The notes below the pieces were generated by a model. It had not been told where the DNA came from, ran no database searches, and was given only the letters and a program-made list of their open reading frames with translations. From positions 130,748 through 194,747 of the forward strand of contig CAZPAW010000002.1 of NCBI GenBank assembly GCA_964584895.1: a stretch of 64,000 bases of DNA, written 5' to 3'. Shown in pieces: positions 28,553 to 35,466 of the stretch; the stretch's first letter is position 1, and each line of letters opens with the position of its first letter. Origin of the DNA: an uncultured Candidatus Saccharibacteria bacterium. GTDB lineage: Bacteria > Patescibacteriota > Saccharimonadia > Saccharimonadales > JAGQNJ01. Made by a program: the position numbers and the translations under genes.

Positions 28553-29266
28553 TTGTCTGTATATAGCAATACTCAGATCAAACAAGCGATTAACTATGGT
28601 CATATAGTTTGTACCCCTTTTAATCCAAAACATGTTGCCCACGCCAGTCTTGATGTAACGCTAGGATTTTACTATTACCGAACAGAACGAGCGGGAGATC
28701 ACACAATTTACAATCCTTTCGACGAATCTGATGTTGAAAGATATTTCGAGGGCCCACATAAAGCAGTGCCTCACAAACAATGGTGCGACCAAAACGGCGC
28801 AAAACCATTAAAAGGTATTCCGATAGATCATCCAGTTATCCCTATCAAACCCGGCGAGCGAATACTTGCACATACCCACGAGTTTTTTGGCATAAAACCA
28901 CCCGGAGCGTACGAACTAAAATCTCGATCTAGCTGGGGACGTAACGGGATTGCAGTCTGCTTTGATGCCGGATGGGTTGACCCTGGCTACATAAACCGAT
29001 TAACCTTAGAAATATATAACCTAAACCATAAAGAAATCGTATTATTGCCGGTTGGCGAACGCATTGGACAAGCTGTTTTTCATGACACAGGGCAGGTAGA
29101 CGGTAACTACGGCGAAGGCCGAGAGAATGGATTTAGTGGTAAATACCAATCAGGAACAGATTTAGAAACATTAATAAGGCAATGGGAGCCTAGCCAAATG
29201 TTACCTAAAGCTTACAAAGACAAAAGATCGCTCCCAGTGAAAATAAAGGGACTAAAAGGTGATTAA
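28553..29266 (+). CDS. dcd: dCTP deaminase-family protein (dUTPase fold)
   Basis: Contains ...SLDVTLG... and ...KSRSSWGRNGIAVCFDAGWVDPGYINRLTLEIYNLN.... TTG start after GAGGG. Confidence 0.82.
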   Translation: MSVYSNTQIKQAINYGHIVCTPFNPKHVAHASLDVTLGFYYYRTERAGDHTIYNPFDESDVERYFEGPHKAVPHKQWCDQNGAKPLKGIPIDHPVIPIKPGERILAHTHEFFGIKPPGAYELKSRSSWGRNGIAVCFDAGWVDPGYINRLTLEIYNLNHKEIVLLPVGERIGQAVFHDTGQVDGNYGEGRENGFSGKYQSGTDLETLIRQWEPSQMLPKAYKDKRSLPVKIKGLKGD

Positions 29267-31601
29267 CGACCGCCATAACTTTGGTGGGGGAGATAATACC
29301 AACACAAATAAAGGAATATTTATCGTTATTGAAGGCACCGATGGATCGGGCAAAAGCACTCAATACAATTTATTAAAGAAGCACCTAGAAAAACTTGGAC
29401 ACGAAGTAGTGCCAATTCATTTTCCGCGCTATGATCAACCGTCAAGTTATTTTATCCGACAATATCTTGGCGGAGCCTACGGAACAGGCGATCAAGTAAA
29501 CCCTTATTCTAGCTCATTATTTTATGCTTTGGACAGGTATGAAGCGTCGTCTGAGATTAACAAAGCGCTTAACGATGGAAAAATTGTTTTGTGCGATAGA
29601 TTCGTAGGATCAAACATGGCGCATCAAGGTACAAAGTTTAATAATCCAGCCGAACGCAAAGGATATTTTATTTGGTTAGACAATCTCGAATTCGGGACGC
29701 TAGGGATTCCTCGACCTGATATTAGTTTTGTCCTTAATAATCCATTTGATGTAATATCATCCCGGCTTAGTATCAAACAAGAGTCTAGCACTCATGTGAA
29801 TAAAAAAGACGTCCACGAAGTTGATCCTGATCATATAAAAAAATCAATCGAAGTTTACCGTGATATGTGCGAGCTTTTTCCTAAAGATTTTGTAAGAATC
29901 GATTGCTCTAGAAACGGCATAATTTTATCACCTGATGATGTATTTAGTTTGTTATGGGAAAAGATTATGCCTAGACTGCCAATTAACAACCAACCAAATC
30001 CGGATATAACAGATGCTGATTATGTCATAAAGAATCAAAATGGATCATACTCTATCACAAGCGCCGGTAAAGAATTTCTCGAAGGCGCCATTACAAACAC
30101 AGATGACAATGTCTATGCATTCACAGGCGAAAAACTAACACCAATTACGGCTGCAGCTGCCATGGCTAGACTAAGTCGTCGTGGTGATGATATGCGCGTT
30201 ACGATTTTAGACGAATTTGCGAAGAATCTAGGTAAAGATGAAGGCCTATTGAAACGTGTCATAACTGCGTATGGCGATGACTCTGTACAGCAACTAGTCG
30301 GTCAACATCTAGTTATAGAAGAAGCATCAAATTTGCTTACAAAAAAACTAGAATGGGGAAGATTAGCTTCCTATCTAGAACAATCAACTAGATATATATA
30401 TTTTGACCAAAAAGACAAAAATGGACGCTACAAATACTACACCCCTCCAGAATTAGACAATCAAACAAAGCAAGTTTATGAGCAAACAATGGACGAACTA
30501 TTTGACAATTATTCAAAACTCGCCAGCGACCTAACGGACTACGTTAGGAATCAATCATCCGTGCCAGCATCAGAACAAGATATTGCCTGGAAAGGCGCAA
30601 CGAGAGCTCAAGCATGTGATGCAATAAGAGCAGTACTACCGGTAGCCACGAAATCGACTGTAGGAATATATGCTTCTGGGCAAGCCTTAGAAAGCTTAAT
30701 TATGCACTTGCAAAGTGATGAGCTTGCAGAAGCGAGGATTACAGGAAGCAAAATCCTAACAGAATCCAGAAAGGTTTTACCAGCATTTTTAGAACGTGCC
30801 GATAAGCCAGAAAGAGGTGGTGCGAATATTGCCTATAGAGCAAATACAGCAAAAAAGATAAGTCAACTTTCAGAAGCCTACCTTCCGAACACCAACGTTG
30901 GCTCAAACCAAGACGCCGTTCTAACTGATTACTGGCCAAAAAATGAGTTCGATCTGGTAGCGGACATGTTATATGATCAAAGCTCTCTGTCGCTCGAAGA
31001 TATTCGTAAAAATGTCGCTGAGTGGCCTTTTAAGCGTAAACAAGAGGTTTTTGATGCTTATATGGGAGAGAGGTTGAATCGACGCCATAAGCCGGGCAGA
31101 GCCCTAGAAAAGGCCCATTACAGTTGGGACATAGTCTGTGATTATGGAATATTTCGCGACCTACAACGTCATCGAATAGTCGATGACCTAGAGTGGCAAC
31201 AACTTACGCCTAGATATGGCTACGAAGTACCAGAATTAGTCGAAAAAGCAGGTCTTAGTGATATTTTTGAGCAAAGTTTTGATCTTAGTCTCAAGCTCTA
31301 CAGTGATTTACAGCAGGCAGGATACGCACTAGAGGCACAATATGCTACTTTGCTCGGCCACAGAATGCGTTGGAAGGTTACATACAACGCTAGGGAGGCT
31401 TTTCACCTACACGAACTACGCACCGCTCCTCAAGGGCATCCAGGCTATAGAAGGCTAGTAAAACAAATGCACGATCGGTTATGCGAAGTTCACCCATCAA
31501 TCGGCGCAGCAATGAAATTTGTTAATAAAGATGAGGATCCTGAATTAACTAGATTGGCAGCTGAACGCTACACCCAATTCAAACTTAGAGATCTGGGTTA
31601 G
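29259..31601 (+). CDS. fusion protein: dTMP kinase (N-terminal) + long-form flavin-dependent thymidylate synthase ThyX-like (C-terminal)
   Basis: Tmk P-loop ...FIVIEGTDGSGKSTQ... and ...CDRFVGSNMAHQG.... Thy1-like region ...AAAMARLSRRGDD..., ...GIFRDLQRHRIVDD..., ...REAFHLHELRTAPQGHPGYRRLV.... The GTG start overlaps the dcd stop by 8 nt. Confidence 0.8.
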   Translation: MINDRHNFGGGDNTNTNKGIFIVIEGTDGSGKSTQYNLLKKHLEKLGHEVVPIHFPRYDQPSSYFIRQYLGGAYGTGDQVNPYSSSLFYALDRYEASSEINKALNDGKIVLCDRFVGSNMAHQGTKFNNPAERKGYFIWLDNLEFGTLGIPRPDISFVLNNPFDVISSRLSIKQESSTHVNKKDVHEVDPDHIKKSIEVYRDMCELFPKDFVRIDCSRNGIILSPDDVFSLLWEKIMPRLPINNQPNPDITDADYVIKNQNGSYSITSAGKEFLEGAITNTDDNVYAFTGEKLTPITAAAAMARLSRRGDDMRVTILDEFAKNLGKDEGLLKRVITAYGDDSVQQLVGQHLVIEEASNLLTKKLEWGRLASYLEQSTRYIYFDQKDKNGRYKYYTPPELDNQTKQVYEQTMDELFDNYSKLASDLTDYVRNQSSVPASEQDIAWKGATRAQACDAIRAVLPVATKSTVGIYASGQALESLIMHLQSDELAEARITGSKILTESRKVLPAFLERADKPERGGANIAYRANTAKKISQLSEAYLPNTNVGSNQDAVLTDYWPKNEFDLVADMLYDQSSLSLEDIRKNVAEWPFKRKQEVFDAYMGERLNRRHKPGRALEKAHYSWDIVCDYGIFRDLQRHRIVDDLEWQQLTPRYGYEVPELVEKAGLSDIFEQSFDLSLKLYSDLQQAGYALEAQYATLLGHRMRWKVTYNAREAFHLHELRTAPQGHPGYRRLVKQMHDRLCEVHPSIGAAMKFVNKDEDPELTRLAAERYTQFKLRDLG

Positions 31602-31911
31602 GCATTCTATAAGTTACTTCCATAAGAGCACCCTCTTCATTAAAAACACGGTCAACGGATAAAACCATCTCACCAATGGCTAAAACGAGACTTGGGTCAT
31701 CTAGACGAGGCATAATATCGGCTTCGTCGATAAAAACTTCATGGGCAACAGAATGTATCTGGTTGTATCCAACAGCAAAATACCCAAGAATTGATCTTTT
31801 TGGTGCATAACCGTCTAATATCCGACCAAGATTTTCGGCAACATCTTTACCCATTCTTGCTCCAAGAGTCTCAACCGAATCGCTTGGGTTAGGTAACCTA
31901 ATTAGTGACAT
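31585..31911 (-). CDS. hypothetical acidic protein, 108 aa
   Basis: SD GAGGA 6 nt upstream of the ATG. The 3' end overlaps tmk-thyX by 17 nt (convergent). No motif recognised. Confidence 0.6.
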   Translation of the reverse strand: MSLIRLPNPSDSVETLGARMGKDVAENLGRILDGYAPKRSILGYFAVGYNQIHSVAHEVFIDEADIMPRLDDPSLVLAIGEMVLSVDRVFNEEGALMEVTYRMPNPDL

Positions 31912-31923
31912 AATTTCCTCATT

Positions 31924-32068
31924 AAAAAACCTCCGCTGATGGGAGGCTGATCTTTCATTATTTATTGCTTTATTGCAACAGGCCTCCGTACATATCGCTA
32001 CAAATGATCACGCGATCTGCGAGCATTGCTTTGTGGCTATATTTAACTGGTTGCATTAAATTTTTCAT
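31924..32068 (-). promoter_or_regulatory. candidate attenuator leader (32-codon leader ORF, antiterminator/terminator alternative)
   Basis: On the minus strand there is an ORF at complement(31970..32068), MKNLMQPVKYSHKAMLADRVIICSDMYGGLLQ. GGAGGC (31982-31987) can pair with GCCTCC (31942-31947). GCCTCC can alternatively pair with GGAGG (31930-31934), which is followed by T6 (31924-29), 13 nt before the start codon at 31911. Confidence 0.4.
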
Positions 32069-32099
32069 ACCGCATTTAAAATTACTCCTACAAAAATAA

Positions 32100-32128
32100 C
32101 TTGTCAAGAATTTTTTTTGTGATAAATT
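32100..32128. promoter_or_regulatory. candidate divergent promoter core
   Basis: The near-palindrome CTTGTCAAG (32100-32108) gives TTGTCA on the plus strand (16-nt spacer to TAAATT 32123-32128) and TTGACA on the minus strand (17-nt spacer to TAATTT 32084-32079). Consensus match only. Confidence 0.3.
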
Positions 32129-32137
32129 ATATATCTA

Positions 32138-32272
32138 ATGACTACAAATACGTTGAAGCAACAGATTTTACTCCTCGGCCTACAAGGGTTGTGCTTCAAC
32201 ATGGTTGAAGCCTAAGCGAACATCTCGCTTCTAGCACAACCGACATCAGACGGCTTCAACGAAGCCGATTTT
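32138..32272 (+). promoter_or_regulatory. candidate multi-state attenuator leader (25-codon leader ORF, four alternating 8-mers, terminator)
   Basis: GTTGAAGC at 32152 and 32204, GCTTCAAC at 32193 and 32253. Terminator-like CGGCTTC-AAC-GAAGCCG (32251-32267) followed by ATTTTT. ORF 32138-32215 encodes MTTNTLKQQILLLGLQGLCFNMVEA. Confidence 0.45.
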
Positions 32273-32292
32273 TAATTTATAAGGAGAAAAAT

Positions 32293-32766
32293 ATGGAAAT
32301 AACTAAAGAATATAGGAACAATCATAACAAGCTAGTATTCACACCAGATCCCAGTTATTCACTCGCCACTGTCAGTGGCACCCCAAAAACCACAATTATA
32401 GGTTCTAGGAATAAAACTAGTATTCGCGAGACTGAAGTCGATGAAATTTCAAGTATGAGTATTTTCGACTTTAAAGGAGTTTTATACGCTATGTCGATGG
32501 CATATTTAGAATCATCTAAAGCAAGTGTTCAAGAAAAAATAACCACAGAAGATGACCACACTGTATTAATGAGTGGAATTGTGAAACGAGCAACTCGATA
32601 TTACATTGATTCTAGCGAAATTGATCCAATCGTGAATTATTTAGAACTCAGGAACACCTGCAGATTCTCAGATGAAGAAGGGAATAGCGGTTCGTCGTTA
32701 CCCAGACAGCCAATTGTGCCAAATAACAGTGGTTCAATGGCAATAGAACTAATAAACGTGGCATAA
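32293..32766 (+). CDS. hypothetical protein, 157 aa
   Basis: Strong SD (AAGGAG 32281-32286). No motif recognised. Confidence 0.65.
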   Translation: MEITKEYRNNHNKLVFTPDPSYSLATVSGTPKTTIIGSRNKTSIRETEVDEISSMSIFDFKGVLYAMSMAYLESSKASVQEKITTEDDHTVLMSGIVKRATRYYIDSSEIDPIVNYLELRNTCRFSDEEGNSGSSLPRQPIVPNNSGSMAIELINVA

Positions 32767-32789
32767 ATTAAATATAAGAAGGAGTAGAT

Positions 32790-33008
32790 ATGAGATTTTC
32801 AATAGAAGGAGAAACAGGACACGGAGATGGGGGCATTCAGCCAGATAATGTCGTGAGAATTGAAAGAATTCTTCCAGCGGCATCAGAAGCAATTGGAAAA
32901 CCCGCAATACGAGGTTACGGTATTTCTTATACTGGGAATGATAGGGACACAATAGCCCCAGATGTCATAACACCTCCGACACACTCAATAGTCGAGGTAA
33001 TAGCTTGA
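32790..33008 (+). CDS. hypothetical acidic protein, 72 aa
   Basis: Strong SD (AAGGAG) 6 nt upstream. No motif recognised. Confidence 0.55.
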   Translation: MRFSIEGETGHGDGGIQPDNVVRIERILPAASEAIGKPAIRGYGISYTGNDRDTIAPDVITPPTHSIVEVIA

Positions 33009-33115
33009 CAGGTTTTCATATAATAGTAGGATAAAAAACATGGGCAAGATAATAATTATTGAAATTATTGAAGGAACCGTAAACGCGGAGTAGTGTTAAT
33101 ATTTATAAGCTAACG

Positions 33116-33139
33116 AACCCCGCAACCAGCGGGGTTTTT
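33116..33139 (+). terminator. intrinsic-terminator-like hairpin
   Basis: AACCCCGC-AACCA-GCGGGGTT plus a T-run (33135-33139), 20 nt before ATG 33159. Confidence 0.65.
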
Positions 33140-33158
33140 AAATAATAAGGAGTAGATA

Positions 33159-33542
33159 ATGAGTTTTGATCACAATAGTCTAGAATACAGCACACCTGAT
33201 CACGAAGCTGCAATTGATTTACGTGAATTAGGATTACAAGAGCGGCAATTAGTTACTCAACAGCTTGCAGACTTTATGATAAGTGGCTTTAATGATAGTC
33301 AACTAATAGTGGCCACAAGCTCAGTTGAATTTTTATACGCAAGAGCATCTACCGTAAACAGTCCTTATACCTATTTTGAAGCGGATGTTTTTGCAAGAGC
33401 AGCTTTGTTGGCTATTAATGAACGCGATTTACCTGAAAAGCCTATACTTACTAATCGGATAAAAAAATCTAGGAATGTATCACAAGGCAGGGCTGGATGC
33501 ACGGACGTCCCAGAACTAAAACTAATTGACGCTGCATCATAA
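33159..33542 (+). CDS. hypothetical protein, 127 aa
   Basis: Strong SD (AAGGAG 33147-33152). No motif recognised. Confidence 0.6.
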   Translation: MSFDHNSLEYSTPDHEAAIDLRELGLQERQLVTQQLADFMISGFNDSQLIVATSSVEFLYARASTVNSPYTYFEADVFARAALLAINERDLPEKPILTNRIKKSRNVSQGRAGCTDVPELKLIDAAS

Positions 33543-33566
33543 CTCTGTTAAGATAATAATGTTAAT

Positions 33567-33675
33567 TACCAAAGACAGCGATGGTCAAATCGACTTAATC
33601 ATATCGCCGAGGCAAAAACATCAACTTTTTGTATCGTACGTTTTTAAAAGTCTTTGGTAGCCCAAAGACTTTTTT
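33567..33675 (+). promoter_or_regulatory. candidate rplJ (L10) leader with antiterminator/terminator alternative
   Basis: A 12-bp hairpin AAAAGTCTTTGG-TAGC-CCAAAGACTTTT plus T-run (33646-33675). TACCAAAGAC (33567-33576) can pair instead with GTCTTTGGTA (33650-33659). It lies 45 nt upstream of rplJ. Confidence 0.5.
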
Positions 33676-33719
33676 AGTCTTCGAACATTTATATTAAAAA
33701 TAATTAAAGAAAGGAAGAT

Positions 33720-34250
33720 ATGGCTTTAACAAAAGATCAAAAGAAAGATATTGTTGAAGAGGTGTCTAACTTGCTTGAAACTTCAAAACTAACTGTTATC
33801 GCAGAGTACAAAGATACAAGCGTAAAACAATTACAAGAACTACGAAAATTGGCTAGAGAAAGTGAAACTCTAGTAAAGGTAGTAAAAAACCGTCTTGTTA
33901 TTAAAGCTATGAAGTCTAACGAGCGATTTAGCTCTATAGATACAAGTACCGTTAATGGACAGTTACTTTACGCCTTTAACTCTGTCGACGAAGTTGCACC
34001 TGCACAAAGCTTGGCTAATTTTGCTAAAAAGAACCCAAGCATAAAATTCGTCGGGGGGATAACATCAGATGGTCAATTGATTAACGCTGATGATGTGGCA
34101 GCGCTTGCCGCATTGCCAAGCAAAGATCAATTAAGAGCACAGTTAGTTGGAACGATTGCCGCTCCACTTAGCGGATTCATGAATGTACTATCAGGCAATG
34201 TTAGAGGAGTACTCAATGTTCTTCAAGCAAGAGCAGATGCAATTAATTAA
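33720..34250 (+). CDS. rplJ: 50S ribosomal protein L10
   Basis: 176 aa, begins MALTKDQKKDIVEEV... and sits directly upstream of rplL. Confidence 0.95.
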   Translation: MALTKDQKKDIVEEVSNLLETSKLTVIAEYKDTSVKQLQELRKLARESETLVKVVKNRLVIKAMKSNERFSSIDTSTVNGQLLYAFNSVDEVAPAQSLANFAKKNPSIKFVGGITSDGQLINADDVAALAALPSKDQLRAQLVGTIAAPLSGFMNVLSGNVRGVLNVLQARADAIN

Positions 34251-34276
34251 AGTAATAAAACAATAGGAGAAATAAA

Positions 34277-34699
34277 ATGAGCGAAGAAGCAAACACAGTA
34301 GAAGACAAAAAAGTAGAAACTCCAAAAGAGTTCGAAAAACTAGTTGCAGAACTAGACAAAATGTCAGCATTAGAAATTAGTAAATTTGTAAAATTTCTAG
34401 AAGAATATTGGGGCGTTAGCGCTGCAGCACCTGCCGTAGCAATGGCAGCAGCACCAGCTGGTGGCGACGCACCAGCCGAAGAAGAAAAATCTGAATACGA
34501 CGTTATTCTAAAAGACGCTGGAGCTCAAAAAGTTGCAGTAATTAAAGCTGTAAAAGACATAACAGGACTTGGTCTAGGCGAAGCAAAAGCTGTAGTTGAC
34601 GGTGCTCCAAAACCAGTACTAGAAAAAGCTAAAAAAGAAGATGCTGAAAACGCTAAAAAAGCATTAGAAGATGCTGGCGCAACAGTTGAACTAGCTTAA
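34277..34699 (+). CDS. rplL: 50S ribosomal protein L7/L12
   Basis: Ala-rich hinge ...[15 protein letters not shown]... and C-terminal domain ...[28 protein letters not shown].... Confidence 0.97.
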   Translation: MSEEANTVEDKKVETPKEFEKLVAELDKMSALEISKFVKFLEEYWGVSAAAPAVAMAAAPAGGDAPAEEEKSEYDVILKDAGAQKVAVIKAVKDITGLGLGEAKAVVDGAPKPVLEKAKKEDAENAKKALEDAGATVELA

Positions 34700-34829
34700 T
34701 ACTCGATAATTAAAGTACAAATATAACTTAAGTTGTCCACAGGCATTTTGACTATTTAAGTCAATAATGATATTTTAATGGTTATAGTACTAAGGATAAT
34801 AAAAAGTACAATTAAAGAGACAAAACAAA

Positions 34830-35339
34830 ATGGCGGATGTATCAGACAAACAAATAAAACGACTAAAAGTCTTACTTCAGGAATCTGAAACTAGTTTAGC
34901 GGCTGCGAAGGAGCTGCTTGTTAGCCTTATAGGTGACGACGAAAGTGTCCCAGTGATTCCGAGTGAAGATATCGCCGGAAAGATCATAGAAGGCGTCTTT
35001 GACGGACAGAACATGGTCGGTAGCGATGGCAAGACATACCCAGTTCCCGCGAACTATGCCTCAAAATCTAAACTCGTTGAAGGCGATATTTTAAAACTAA
35101 CAATAGCCGATGATGGGGCGTTTTTGTATAAACAAATTGGACCAGTCGCAAGAACACAAAAAGTCGGTACGCTTGTAATGGAAAGTGGTCATTATTTTGT
35201 AAATGTAGATAAACAAAAATACCGAGTATTGCTTGCTAGTGTAACCTACTTTAAGGCTAAACCTGGCGATCAAGTTAGTATTAATGTTCCAGAAAGTAAC
35301 GACAACGCCGAATGGGCAGCACTAGAAGCCGCACTATAA
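34830..35339 (+). CDS. hypothetical protein, 169 aa (N-terminal helix, beta-rich C-terminal part)
   Basis: Clean ORF where rpoB would be expected after rplL. No motif recognised. Confidence 0.6.
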   Translation: MADVSDKQIKRLKVLLQESETSLAAAKELLVSLIGDDESVPVIPSEDIAGKIIEGVFDGQNMVGSDGKTYPVPANYASKSKLVEGDILKLTIADDGAFLYKQIGPVARTQKVGTLVMESGHYFVNVDKQKYRVLLASVTYFKAKPGDQVSINVPESNDNAEWAALEAAL

Positions 35340-35466
35340 ATTGTTGATATTTTAGTTATATTGATTTGGCAATATCTTTGTTATTAAATTATCCATATTT
35401 AAACAATCGATAGTGTATTTTATACAATCATAATCCAAGATTAATTGACGTATAATAAATAGTCCG

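Noticed and set aside
32043-32075. 10-codon minus-strand ORF (MRYEKFNATS) with AGGAG 9 nt upstream
   Set aside because: The SD would lie between the predicted -35 and -10 of the minus-strand promoter, and the ORF does not reach the pairing segments. It is kept only as an alternative to the 32-codon leader ORF.
33005-33024. Perfect TTGACA and TATAAT hexamers
   Set aside because: They are only 8 nt apart, which is incompatible with sigma-70 spacing, so this is not called as a promoter.
33040-33093. 17-codon ORF (MGKIIIIEIIEGTVNAE) before the 33116 terminator
   Set aside because: It is too short, has a weak SD and is compositionally trivial. It is mentioned only because it lies within the orphan island.
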